Below, one piece after another: positions 27,132-37,543 of a DNA stretch of 64,000 nucleotides (position 1 is its first letter; the number at the start of each line of letters is the position of its first letter). The translations under genes were made by a program, and so were the position numbers. Under the pieces are notes generated by a model, which was not told the DNA's origin, made no database searches, and saw only the letters and a program-made list of their open reading frames with translations. Origin of the DNA: a virus; IMG/VR virus record IMGVR_UViG_3300019886_000004, positions 1 to 64,000 of that record; one strand, 5' to 3'.

Positions 27132-29867
27132 ATGTCAAAGAAAAAAACAACAAACAGTGTTGTTCTAACAGCTAAACAACTTCTTCAAGGATACACTACA
27201 GATGTAGACCGTAGATTTCTTTGGAATACGATGCCTTATCAGATGCTGAGTCTTGAAGAAAAAGATGAGGATTGGAGAAAGTGGAATATGGATTGGCTTG
27301 AGTATATTGGATTACGACAAGTTTTAAATGAGAATAAAAAACTAGTTAAGAACTATCATTTAGCCAATGGAGTAATAGATCCACATGATTATGTAGTAAG
27401 AGAAGGTAATGAAAATAATGATTTAATAAATATAATTACAGAAGAAACAGGTAGTCCATTTAGTTTAAAATTCTTTCCAATAATACCAAATGTAATCAAT
27501 GTTTTAATTGGAGAGTTTGCTAAAAGAGATAATAGAATTGTAGTGAAAGCTGTAGATGAGTTTTCTAGAAATGAAATGTTAGATTCAAAGATGGATCAAA
27601 TAACTCAAATTCTAACTCAAGATGCTCAGCAAAAGATGCAACTACAGCAAATGCAAGGTGGAGTTGATACTAATAGTGAACAAGCTCAACAGCAATTACA
27701 GGCATCTCAACAACTTGTTAATACTGAAATGAAATTTAAAACCTATCGTAGTATTCCTGAAATTTGGGGTCAGAACATGATGGAGTATGATGATAATAGA
27801 TTTCAAATGTATGAGAAAGAATCATGGGGTTTTAGAGATAGTCTTGTTTGTGATAGAGAATTTTGGCATATAGATATTTTAGAGGATAACTATAAAGTTG
27901 AATTATGGAATCCGATATATACTTTTTATCATAAGTCACCTGATGTATATTATATAGCAGATGGTAACTTTGTAGGTAATATGCAACTTATGTCTATACC
28001 AGATTGTATAGATATGTTTGGCTCTAAAATGAGCGAAGATCAATTAGAAAATTTGAAACAAGCTCAATCTATAGCAATTAGACACGGAAATGTTCAAGAT
28101 GATACTCAGAGATGGGATACAACTAAATATTGGGATGCATCCAAACCATATGATCAGCAACAGCCAAATAGTGTTCATTTCGAACAATATGTTGGTATGA
28201 AGAATATGAAAGAGGATATTGAAGGTCTAGATTGGAATAGATTAAATAATTTAAATACAGGTATAGTAGCTAACCAATCTTTAGTTAGAGTAACAAGAGC
28301 TTACTGGAAATCTCAAAGAAAGGTAGGACATCTAATTAGAATAAGAGAAGACGGTACAATAACACAAGAGATTGTGGATGAAAATTATCAGGTGACTTTT
28401 AAGCCAGTTTATGATAGATCAATAGTGAGTAAGAAATCAAAAGAGAATCTAGCTTATGGAGAACATATTGATTGGTGTTGGATCAATGAAGTTTGGAAGG
28501 GAGTAAAAATAGGACCAAATAATACTACTTATTATCAAGCACGTGGTTTTGGATTTGAGCCAATATATGTTGAGATTAAAGCATTACCTTTTCAATTTAA
28601 AGGACAGGATTCTTTGTATGGTTGTAAACTACCAGTTGAAGGTAGAATATTCTCAGAAAGAAATAGTATAAGTTCAGGTATAGTAGATAAAATGAAATCT
28701 AGTCAAATAGGTTTCAATATAGTTAATAACCAGGTAATGGATTTCTTGGCTGATGAGGTAGGTAAAGTTGTACTTATTGATCAGAATATGATACCTAGAA
28801 ACTCAATGGGTGGTTCTTGGGGTGCTAACAATTTTCCAAGATTCTATCAAGTAATGAAAGATTATCAAGTTGCTGCAGTAGATACATCAATACAGAATAC
28901 TCAAAACCCCGGTACATCATTCTCTCATTTTACACAAGTCGATTTATCCAAGACAGATCAAATCCTCGCACGATTGAAATTAGCTGAATATTTCAAGACA
29001 GAAGCATTTGCTGTAGTAGGTATTACTCCACAGAGATTAGGTGAAGTACAAGCCTCAGAATCAGCTACAGGTACACAACAGGCAGTAAACAATTCATATT
29101 CTCAAACCGAGGTATACTTTGATCAACATATGAATCATCTAATGCCTAGAGTTAGACAGATGATGCTCAATGCTGCCCAGTTTATAAATGCTACAAAACC
29201 CGAATCACAACTTTCTTATTTAAATAAAGCAGAAGAAACAGTATGGTTTAAGAATGAAGGATATAAACTTTTATTAGCTGATTATCAAATATATGCTATG
29301 TCTAGAGCTGACATAAAAGCTACTATAGAAAAATTAAGGCAGATTGCTATGCAAAATAATACTGCTGGTGGATCTCTATATGATATAGCTCAGGTTATGA
29401 CTACAAATAGTCCAGCTAAAATTATAGAACAACTTAAGAAAGCAGATGATGCTAGAAATGAACAGGCACAATCTCAGCAGCAAAATGAACAACAGATGCA
29501 ACAACAGCAGCAACAGTTCTTGGCAGACCAGCAAGAGAAAAAACAACAACATGATGATTATTGGAGACAAAAAGAAATACAACGCGATATATATGTTGCT
29601 GAAATTAAAGCTATGGGTTACGCCAAAGATACCGATGTTAATCAGGATAGTGTACCTGATGCTTTAGAAGTTGATAAATTCTTACATGAAGTAGGACAAG
29701 ATGGTCAAGATATAAATTTAAAAGAAAGACAAATGCAACTTCAAGAGAGACAACACGCTGATAATATAAATATACAAAAAAAGAAAATAGATGCAGAAAA
29801 ATATAAAGTTGATAAGCAAAAAGAGATAGAAGCTATGAAAGTTAGAAATAAACCAAAATCTAAATAG
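27132..29867 (+). CDS. portal protein
   Basis: 911 aa after TerL; FPIIPNVINVLIGE, WINEVWKG, GITPQRLG; Q-rich coiled C-terminus. Confidence 0.9.
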   Translation: MSKKKTTNSVVLTAKQLLQGYTTDVDRRFLWNTMPYQMLSLEEKDEDWRKWNMDWLEYIGLRQVLNENKKLVKNYHLANGVIDPHDYVVREGNENNDLINIITEETGSPFSLKFFPIIPNVINVLIGEFAKRDNRIVVKAVDEFSRNEMLDSKMDQITQILTQDAQQKMQLQQMQGGVDTNSEQAQQQLQASQQLVNTEMKFKTYRSIPEIWGQNMMEYDDNRFQMYEKESWGFRDSLVCDREFWHIDILEDNYKVELWNPIYTFYHKSPDVYYIADGNFVGNMQLMSIPDCIDMFGSKMSEDQLENLKQAQSIAIRHGNVQDDTQRWDTTKYWDASKPYDQQQPNSVHFEQYVGMKNMKEDIEGLDWNRLNNLNTGIVANQSLVRVTRAYWKSQRKVGHLIRIREDGTITQEIVDENYQVTFKPVYDRSIVSKKSKENLAYGEHIDWCWINEVWKGVKIGPNNTTYYQARGFGFEPIYVEIKALPFQFKGQDSLYGCKLPVEGRIFSERNSISSGIVDKMKSSQIGFNIVNNQVMDFLADEVGKVVLIDQNMIPRNSMGGSWGANNFPRFYQVMKDYQVAAVDTSIQNTQNPGTSFSHFTQVDLSKTDQILARLKLAEYFKTEAFAVVGITPQRLGEVQASESATGTQQAVNNSYSQTEVYFDQHMNHLMPRVRQMMLNAAQFINATKPESQLSYLNKAEETVWFKNEGYKLLLADYQIYAMSRADIKATIEKLRQIAMQNNTAGGSLYDIAQVMTTNSPAKIIEQLKKADDARNEQAQSQQQNEQQMQQQQQQFLADQQEKKQQHDDYWRQKEIQRDIYVAEIKAMGYAKDTDVNQDSVPDALEVDKFLHEVGQDGQDINLKERQMQLQERQHADNINIQKKKIDAEKYKVDKQKEIEAMKVRNKPKSK

Positions 29868-29907
29868 TGTTATATTACAAAAAAACTTATTAATTTTTAA
29901 AATTAAA

Positions 29908-29940
29908 TTTGGAAAATTCATTAAAATTAGTTAATATTTA
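29908..29940 (+). promoter_or_regulatory. variant promoter upstream of scaffold/capsid genes
   Basis: TTTG-N20-TAATATTT. Confidence 0.5.
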
Positions 29941-29958
29941 TTAAACCAAATCATCAAA

Positions 29959-31131
29959 ATGTCACAAACGCAAGTTACACCCATTACTCAGGATGATCTT
30001 TCTCAAATACTTGCTGGAAAAGTTGAAAGTATTTTAACTCCTACAGATGAGACAAAGAAAGAAGAAAAAAATGATCCATTTAAACAGCCATTAATAGATA
30101 CGACTTTTAAATGGAATGAACTACAAACGCTAGTAAAGGATGAAGAAAAAGATGAGGAAGAAATTATTCCAGCTAGTAATGATAATGGAACAACTCAAGA
30201 AGAAAAGAAAACTGTAGGTAGAAGAGTTACTGATTTGGTCTCAATTGTAAATGAACTTGTAGAATCTGGAGAATTAAAACCTTTTGAAGAAGGTGGACCA
30301 AAAACAAACGAAGAAGCAAAAGAATTAATAAAACTTAATCTTGCTGAAACAAAAAAGTCTACAATTGAAGATATTTGGAAAGAAAAGATTGAAAGTTATA
30401 GTCCACAAATACAAGCTATTTTAGCTTATGCAGAACAGGGTGGAAGCGATGTTAGTCCTTTAATTTCTGCAATATCTGAAGTAGAGAGAAATAATAATCT
30501 TGATTTAGAAACAGAAGAAGGACAAGAAGGAGTTATTACAGAGTTTCTAAAAGTTAGTGGTTGGTCTCCTGAAGATATAAAAGAAGAAATTGAAACTGCT
30601 AAAGATTTAGGAAAACTTAAAGTAAAAGCTGAAAAATTCTTACCAAAGCTTAACCAGATGAATGAACAAAGAATTCAGGCAATTATGGAAGAGCAGTCTC
30701 AGAGAGAAAGACAGGCAGATGATGCAAGAAATAAGTACTTAAGTACTATAAAAAATACTCTTGATAAAGATAAACTAGGTGAAGTTAGATTAAGTAGACA
30801 AGACAAAGCTATGATTTGGGAAGGTCTTACAGACGTTCGTCATAGGTCTTGGTCTGGTCAACCAACCAATTTATTCTTTAAAAAATTAGAAGAGATGCAA
30901 GCAGGTGATAAAGCAGATTATGATCATTTTTTAGAAATAGTTTATCACACTTTAAATAGAACATCTTTTAAAGATAAATTAAAAGAAGAAATTAAAACTG
31001 CTGAAACAGTAGATACAGTTAGAAAACTGAAATCTCAAGAAAGAAAAGCTACCTCTAACGAAACAATGTTCGAAGAACAGCCTAATAAGAATACTGTAAA
31101 AAGACAGGCGTTCAAGAATCCGTGGGGATAA
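29959..31131 (+). CDS. acidic helical scaffold-like protein
   Basis: between portal and MCP; E/K-rich. Confidence 0.65.
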   Translation: MSQTQVTPITQDDLSQILAGKVESILTPTDETKKEEKNDPFKQPLIDTTFKWNELQTLVKDEEKDEEEIIPASNDNGTTQEEKKTVGRRVTDLVSIVNELVESGELKPFEEGGPKTNEEAKELIKLNLAETKKSTIEDIWKEKIESYSPQIQAILAYAEQGGSDVSPLISAISEVERNNNLDLETEEGQEGVITEFLKVSGWSPEDIKEEIETAKDLGKLKVKAEKFLPKLNQMNEQRIQAIMEEQSQRERQADDARNKYLSTIKNTLDKDKLGEVRLSRQDKAMIWEGLTDVRHRSWSGQPTNLFFKKLEEMQAGDKADYDHFLEIVYHTLNRTSFKDKLKEEIKTAETVDTVRKLKSQERKATSNETMFEEQPNKNTVKRQAFKNPWG

Positions 31132-31158
31132 AAATATTTAAAACACCTTATATAAATT

Positions 31159-32775
31159 ATGGCAATTCCATCAAGTATTAACGGTATATTTTTCCGTGAT
31201 ACCGCATACGATGTTTCACAACATCTAGACAAAAGCCACTTGTTGGCTATACAGCCTGAAACACCACAAGACTTAGGTATTGTGGACATGTGGGCTTTTA
31301 TTCAGAAACGCGAGATGCCTCTATACAAGATGGCTAATTTCGGTGGTAAAGGTACAATCATGACTGATACTCAACAGTACATGTTCAAAGTACCAGTAGC
31401 TATCGATGATATGGCTGAAATTGTAAAAGATATTTCGATAGATGAGAAACCTGGTACTGATGGTAAAGCCTTCAAGATTCTGGTTAATCAAGAAAGATTT
31501 GGACATGGTTCTATTCTGAAGTTTGATAAATACGGAAGAACTGAACTTGTTGTTACACATGATCCTATTCGTAGAGTTGGTGATGCTTTCGAATACACAG
31601 TTAAGTTGGTTAATAACAACAACGCTGGTTATCTTGATAGGCGTTATCTTGCTCCTGGTATTCGTATACAGAAAATAGGTTCTGTTCGTTCTCCTGAATT
31701 TGGTCAGGCTTGGGATCATACCAAATATACTGGTGCAGCTATGCGTGAGTATATGAACTATGTAGGTATGGCCGAAGCTAATGATCACTATTATGTTTCT
31801 AAAGAAGCTTCCATTATGGGAGTTGATAAGAAAATTGTAGAATTCATTCAGATTGATGGTCTTAAAGAAGATGTTGGTATTCCAAGTCTTGAACGTTACA
31901 TGGAATCTGCTGGTGTAAGCAAGTATGATCTTGCTACCAAGATGAAAAATGGTGATGTTCGTGTTAGCTGGGCAACTGTAATGGATGTCAAGTGTATACA
32001 GAAAATCGCTACTGATATTGAAAATTACCTCATGTGGGGTTCTGGTGGACGAGTATTTTTAGATGGTCAGGATGAAGTTATCTTGCCTGTAGGTCTATGG
32101 TCTCAGATTGATGGTGGTGGATACAAACATATTTATACCCGTGACAGCTTTAATTTAGATATGTTCAGAACTGTAATTCAGAACTTTTATCATGGTAAAG
32201 TTGACTATAAAGGACCTGATCCTAATCGTGTACTTTATGTTCAAACAGGTCTTGCTGGTATGTATCTTGCTAACGAAATGATTCGTAAAGAAGCAAATGC
32301 ACATAGCTTGATTTATAATGGTACTGATGTTGGTGCTCTGAAAGGCGATAGACTTAATTTGTCTTTTGGTCTTTTCTATACCGAAATTATCATACCATTT
32401 ATTGCTACTCTCCGTTTCATATATAATCCTGCTCTTGATAATACTGTTGTTAATAGTGTTGAAAATCCACAGATCGATGGTTTTAATCTCTCCTCGTATT
32501 CTTTTATTGTATTTGACGTAGATGAACTTGGTGGAGCAGATAATATCAAATTGTTGAAGTGGTCTAGAGACAATGAACTTCACTGGAAGGTTGAAAATGG
32601 TACCTGGTATCATCCTTCAACTCCTCTCTTAAATAGAGGTGGATTTGCTTCCAATGGTGATTTCTCTGGATATAAAGCTAAATTCTGGCAGAGATATCCA
32701 GCACTTTGGGTTAAAGATCCTACTCGTATATTGAAACTGGTAATGAAGAATCCTATAACGGGAAATACATTATAA
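31159..32775 (+). CDS. major capsid protein
   Basis: 538 aa, highly biased codons (CGT/TTC), ENYLMWG, GLWSQI, YNPALD, WVKDPTR; position. Confidence 0.88.
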   Translation: MAIPSSINGIFFRDTAYDVSQHLDKSHLLAIQPETPQDLGIVDMWAFIQKREMPLYKMANFGGKGTIMTDTQQYMFKVPVAIDDMAEIVKDISIDEKPGTDGKAFKILVNQERFGHGSILKFDKYGRTELVVTHDPIRRVGDAFEYTVKLVNNNNAGYLDRRYLAPGIRIQKIGSVRSPEFGQAWDHTKYTGAAMREYMNYVGMAEANDHYYVSKEASIMGVDKKIVEFIQIDGLKEDVGIPSLERYMESAGVSKYDLATKMKNGDVRVSWATVMDVKCIQKIATDIENYLMWGSGGRVFLDGQDEVILPVGLWSQIDGGGYKHIYTRDSFNLDMFRTVIQNFYHGKVDYKGPDPNRVLYVQTGLAGMYLANEMIRKEANAHSLIYNGTDVGALKGDRLNLSFGLFYTEIIIPFIATLRFIYNPALDNTVVNSVENPQIDGFNLSSYSFIVFDVDELGGADNIKLLKWSRDNELHWKVENGTWYHPSTPLLNRGGFASNGDFSGYKAKFWQRYPALWVKDPTRILKLVMKNPITGNTL

Positions 32776-32889
32776 ACTGGGCACGCGCTCAACTATTAGA
32801 CCATGAGGTGCAACTAGGATTTCAGTCAGAAGCTTCTAATTGCGGTGTCTCGATGATACCACTGATAGCAAATAAACCAAAAATAAACA

Positions 32890-33840
32890 ATGTCTACATT
32901 AACTAAAACAAAAGCTATAAGCATAGAATATATGCCTGTAGAAGATGAAATGGATCTTTCCAAACCCTTGGTGGTTGGTAAAGGTCTTACTGATAGATTT
33001 ATTAGAACAGAAGATCTTGGATATAGAATGTTCTTCGGAACTAAAAGATATATGTGTGGATTGGATAAAGAAATTATCACATATGATACTTCTCTTACTG
33101 AAGAAGAAAAGAAAGCTAAGATTGAAGAAATAGATGAGATTGTTAATCGTCTTGAACAGTTCTTTGGTAAAGGTACTCTTGATCCAACAAATGGAACACA
33201 TTGGTCCAAAATTAATTTAGTTATAGATAGAAAGACAACAAACTTAGATCTTTCTAATCCTAAAAATGAACTTATATATCATTGTATTAGGGCAGGTGGT
33301 TTTAGTTTTGTATCTCCTACAATGGAAGGTGCAAGAGATGGTAAATCTCCTTTTTATATAGTAGAACCAATGGAATATGCTGAAAGTAGAATTGCCAATA
33401 AAGAAATCATAAATAAAGCGATTTCTACGCTTCAGAAACTTTACGAAGGTAAATCTTATGATGATCTGTTTTTCCTGGGTAAATATATTTTACCTGTTGA
33501 AAAAATGTATACTAGACGTAGTCCTAAAGCAATGCTTTATGAAGATCTAGATAAATATATAAATGGTGAACTAGTAAGAGGTTCTAAAATAGGTTCTGCT
33601 AAGAAATTCTTAGAAGCAACCAAGAAAAGTAAAACTGATATGGTAGTTACTTGTATGGTTAAGGATGCTGAATATATGGGTTTTATTTATTCTAATCAAG
33701 CTGGTGAACTTAAAAATAATGAAACAGGTGGAATATATGGTACTACAATTGAAAAAGTAGTTACACATCTTTTGAATCCAGCGTACGAGCATGAACTAGA
33801 AAATGTTAAAGTAAGAGTAGAAAAAAAGTGGTCTGAATAA
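32890..33840 (+). CDS. conserved post-MCP protein
   Basis: LDLSNP motif; crAss-type synteny. Confidence 0.65.
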   Translation: MSTLTKTKAISIEYMPVEDEMDLSKPLVVGKGLTDRFIRTEDLGYRMFFGTKRYMCGLDKEIITYDTSLTEEEKKAKIEEIDEIVNRLEQFFGKGTLDPTNGTHWSKINLVIDRKTTNLDLSNPKNELIYHCIRAGGFSFVSPTMEGARDGKSPFYIVEPMEYAESRIANKEIINKAISTLQKLYEGKSYDDLFFLGKYILPVEKMYTRRSPKAMLYEDLDKYINGELVRGSKIGSAKKFLEATKKSKTDMVVTCMVKDAEYMGFIYSNQAGELKNNETGGIYGTTIEKVVTHLLNPAYEHELENVKVRVEKKWSE

Positions 33841-34536
33841 ATGATAGCTTCTTTGGTATTCATAAAGATAAAAGAACGTCTAAATAAACTAGATAGTGCA
33901 GACTACGATAATATAGAATGTTGGCAGGCAAGAGAGGCTTTTAATAAAGCTCAGTTAGAATGGGTAAGAAGACAAGTGCATGGTAAAAATGATACACAGG
34001 AGGGAGATGAAGAAACTAGACAAAGAGTTGATGATCTTCAAATTTTATTAACTCCAATAACTTTAGAAGTTAGACAAAATGAACTTTTCTTTGAAGCAAA
34101 ACATTTACCACTCAATTATCTTTATATAAAAAGAGCTACTCCATATATTAATCATGGAAAGTGTAAAAATAAAGTTATAACCTCTAAACTAAGAGAAGAA
34201 GCAAATGTGGATGATTATTTAGGAGATTGGTCAATGCAACCATCTTTTGAATTTGAAGAAACATTTCACACCATGATTAACAATACAATAAGAGTTTATG
34301 CAAATAATGAATTTGATGTTGAAGAACTGAGAATCATTTATTACAGAAAACCTAGAGAAATAAACTTCGGAACTTGTGTTCAAATGGATGGTTCATCAGG
34401 AGAAGAAATAGATCCAGAATTTAAAGATGATATAGTAGAACTATTGATTGATGATGCAGTTTCAATACTAGCTGGAGATATAGAAAGTCCAAATGCAATG
34501 CAAATAACAAAACAAAGAAGCGAAATTAATAATTAA
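33841..34536 (+). CDS. tail ring/adaptor protein
   Basis: NKLDS...FNKAQ...DDLQ.L...YYRKP...ELLID.AV. Confidence 0.7.
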   Translation: MIASLVFIKIKERLNKLDSADYDNIECWQAREAFNKAQLEWVRRQVHGKNDTQEGDEETRQRVDDLQILLTPITLEVRQNELFFEAKHLPLNYLYIKRATPYINHGKCKNKVITSKLREEANVDDYLGDWSMQPSFEFEETFHTMINNTIRVYANNEFDVEELRIIYYRKPREINFGTCVQMDGSSGEEIDPEFKDDIVELLIDDAVSILAGDIESPNAMQITKQRSEINN

Positions 34537-34558
34537 TAACAATTAAACTCTCAAAAAC

Positions 34559-36502
34559 ATGAGTTTTTATCAAGAACTCCCATATCCCGTAATAATCGGT
34601 ACTGGGTCTCTTTTAACGAGTGGTGGCACTGAAAATCTAAAAGCTGGTCAAGTTGCACTAGTAGATGCTGACACTTATCAAGCTCTAAATGTAGGAGCTA
34701 CAGTAGTTGAACATCCTAGAGTACTTGTTGCTACCGGTTCTTGGCATACTGTCGATAGTCTTAGTAAATTTATAGGTGGACTTAAACAGTCTATTAAAAC
34801 TGAGTCTTTTCTCGCCAAAGATGTCCTGGAATTTCATCGTTCCAAACCCATTCCACTTACCCAAGATATTATACAGATTGGTTGGGATGGTGTAAATGCA
34901 TGCGATAGTCTCTCATTTAATTGTGGTACTTCCTACTTTTTCAAAGTAGATGTTAGTGGTGAAGACGTATTTCGTACGTATTCTCGTCCTCTGTACAGAT
35001 TTATAGAACTTAGGACTGACTGTTGTGCTGATTCTGGAGATTGTGCAACTGGTTGTAGCAATGCAACTGATCCTGGTTACTATGCTATAAAGCTTGCTAA
35101 CTTGATCAATGATGATGTAGAATTGAAATATTTTGTAAAAGCAGAAGCTGTAATTTCTAATTATTTAGCTACTACTGCCAATTATCGTAACTATAATATA
35201 CCGGTTTGTGATAATGGTGATGTTGTTGCTCTTACTACTATTCAATCTACCTATCCAACTAAAGCAATTACTAGAGTTTCTCGTTTGAATTCTACCTCAA
35301 CTTATCAGTTGCAGGATCTTATTACGAATGGTGCGCCTGCTAGTTATACTCCTACTGGCTCTATTTTATTGGCTGTTTGTGGAACCTGTCCTTCTGGATA
35401 TACTACTGTAGCTTCTAAAGATTACTACATTGTTCGCAGACCAATAGCTGGTTCTGAAAACTTTGCGGGTGGTACTTCTACTTTTGTAGGTACTGTCAAT
35501 ACAGATTATTCTGTGACTGGAAGTACTTTCTTGGGTCAAGATGGTGCTGTTGCACTTGTTCAGATTAGTGTAGCTGCTGGAACTACTGTCACTGCTCTTA
35601 AAGATGATGTAGTTATATTCAGTCATACTTTGGAAGCAAGATGTACTCCTCCTGCTAATTCCGCTATTGCTTGGGTTGCTGTTCAAGATCTTTATAAAGG
35701 TACTCGTACACAGACTTTGACATTACAGAAACCTTGTGGTACTGGTAATAGACTTACTGATGTTCAGGCATTCTATGCTAGTGATACAAGCATTGTAGCT
35801 AGTTCAATAACTGTTCTTCTAAGTGGCACATGTGCTGATACTTATCAGTTATCTCAATACAGCGATTTTGCTGTTGTTGATGATTGCTTGAGTCCTGCTC
35901 CTGTAATTTATAGTACTGTTCAATCATTTGAAGGTTTTACGTGGAGAGATGCTGCATGTGGTGCTAGTAATTTGGCTCCCGCTGCTCCGGTAAGTCCTGT
36001 ATATGCTGGTGTTAGAATACTTGGTGCATATGCTGATGTTAGATTTGGAAATTGTTCTTTCGAACCAACAGATTACTTCAGTACTCGTCCTTTGAGAATT
36101 AGAGTCTCTCAAGTTGATTCCACTGGTAATCCTTGTGATCTTGGAACAAAAGTTACCCAAATTCAATATGGTACTGTTGCTACTCAGACTGGTGAATATA
36201 TGATCCGTCAGTATCTAAAAGCAGCTTCTCTTGAAGCCTATAACGCTTGGAGTTCTGATCCTCGTATCAGGGATGTGCTCGATCAAAACATTCTTAGTTT
36301 TATCGATCGTACTAAATTGTACAATATGTATTACTTAGTATATACGATGGATAGATTTAGAGCTAACTTTGCAATTAGTCAACCTAATGATAAGTTTGAA
36401 ACTATCATAGCTTTTCCAACGGATGTGGATACCACAAACTTTGAAACACTATTTAGTGGTTTCTTCTCTCAGGTCGGTGTATATCTGAAAGATAGGAAAT
36501 AA
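34559..36502 (+). CDS. abundant structural protein (auxiliary capsid-like), Cys/Thr-rich
   Basis: biased codons, own terminator, synteny. Confidence 0.6.
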   Translation: MSFYQELPYPVIIGTGSLLTSGGTENLKAGQVALVDADTYQALNVGATVVEHPRVLVATGSWHTVDSLSKFIGGLKQSIKTESFLAKDVLEFHRSKPIPLTQDIIQIGWDGVNACDSLSFNCGTSYFFKVDVSGEDVFRTYSRPLYRFIELRTDCCADSGDCATGCSNATDPGYYAIKLANLINDDVELKYFVKAEAVISNYLATTANYRNYNIPVCDNGDVVALTTIQSTYPTKAITRVSRLNSTSTYQLQDLITNGAPASYTPTGSILLAVCGTCPSGYTTVASKDYYIVRRPIAGSENFAGGTSTFVGTVNTDYSVTGSTFLGQDGAVALVQISVAAGTTVTALKDDVVIFSHTLEARCTPPANSAIAWVAVQDLYKGTRTQTLTLQKPCGTGNRLTDVQAFYASDTSIVASSITVLLSGTCADTYQLSQYSDFAVVDDCLSPAPVIYSTVQSFEGFTWRDAACGASNLAPAAPVSPVYAGVRILGAYADVRFGNCSFEPTDYFSTRPLRIRVSQVDSTGNPCDLGTKVTQIQYGTVATQTGEYMIRQYLKAASLEAYNAWSSDPRIRDVLDQNILSFIDRTKLYNMYYLVYTMDRFRANFAISQPNDKFETIIAFPTDVDTTNFETLFSGFFSQVGVYLKDRK

Positions 36503-36522
36503 TAATCCTCCTTTTTATAAGT

Positions 36523-36561
36523 AAGGGATTCAGCTGGCAGATGTCTGCTGGGTCCCTTTTT
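36523..36561 (+). terminator. intrinsic terminator
   Basis: AAGGGATTCAGC/GCTGGGTCCCTT-TTT. Confidence 0.8.
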
Positions 36562-36575
36562 AATTAAACTAAAAA

Positions 36576-37121
36576 GTGGTAAGTAAATTAAATGTAGATT
36601 ATATTGATAGTAATAACCCGAAAACATTCAGGTTAATTGATGATAGTGAATATAATCCAAAAGTTACTATTAACTCACCTACATTACAAATAACTCCTCC
36701 TGGATTTAATTATCCTACTGTCTTCACTGTAGAACCATATTTTAATATGGTTTTTAATGCTTCTATATTAAATATATTAAAAGTAAAAAGCTATAAACTT
36801 TTGGCTGATTTACCAGATGGTATATATGGTATAAAATATTCTATAACTCCTAGTACAGAATTATTTGTAGAATATGATTATTTTAGAACAGTAAAACTTA
36901 GAGAAAAGTTCTCTAGAATTACTTGTGGATTATTAGATAAAAAAAGAGATTATACAGTAAATCAATTTGAAGAAATAAAACAGGAAGTACTTTGGATAGA
37001 TCAATTAATTGATGCTTCCAAGTATAAAACTGAGATATGTGGAGAACCTGAAAAAGGAATATTGCTATACAATGAAGCTAGTTTTTTACTAGATAAATAT
37101 ATAAGTTGTTTAACATGTTAA
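36576..37121 (+). CDS. tail hub-like structural protein
   Basis: LQITPPG, LPDGIY.IKYS; synteny. Confidence 0.55.
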   Translation: MVSKLNVDYIDSNNPKTFRLIDDSEYNPKVTINSPTLQITPPGFNYPTVFTVEPYFNMVFNASILNILKVKSYKLLADLPDGIYGIKYSITPSTELFVEYDYFRTVKLREKFSRITCGLLDKKRDYTVNQFEEIKQEVLWIDQLIDASKYKTEICGEPEKGILLYNEASFLLDKYISCLTC

Positions 37122-37363
37122 GATTTAAAAGTTATGATTTGGGTTGTCAAATAGCAAGTCTTATTTATGATAAGTTCTTAATACAATCTTATGGTGTTAA
37201 AAATTGTGATATAAATTATAAAGAGGGAGATTTAATAGAGAAAATATTAGTTAAGAAAATAACGGATAACGGAGATTTTTGTGAGAATTTTCCTAGGTGT
37301 AAAAGAGAAGAGTTCTTTTCAAAACCTCTTCGTTTACCTGATACTATTTTAAGAATCCGATAA
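37106..37363 (+). CDS. small structural protein (tail hub-like)
   Basis: synteny; YG...C. Confidence 0.45.
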   Translation: MFNMLRFKSYDLGCQIASLIYDKFLIQSYGVKNCDINYKEGDLIEKILVKKITDNGDFCENFPRCKREEFFSKPLRLPDTILRIR

Positions 37364-37373
37364 AACCAAATTT

Positions 37374-37538
37374 ATGAATGAGTGCCCAAAATGCCAAAAC
37401 AAGATAGGATGTTCTTGTAGTGGTGGATCTCAGTTAGTGAAAGCATCCGATGGTACACAAGTTTGTAGTAAATGTATAGCTCAATACGAAGAGTATAGAG
37501 CATTACTAAATGCATCTAAATCTGTTAAAACGAATTAA
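37374..37538 (+). CDS. 54-aa zinc-finger protein
   Basis: not in track: MNECPKCQNKIGCSC...VCSKC... Confidence 0.7.
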   Translation: MNECPKCQNKIGCSCSGGSQLVKASDGTQVCSKCIAQYEEYRALLNASKSVKTN

Positions 37539-37543
37539 TAACT

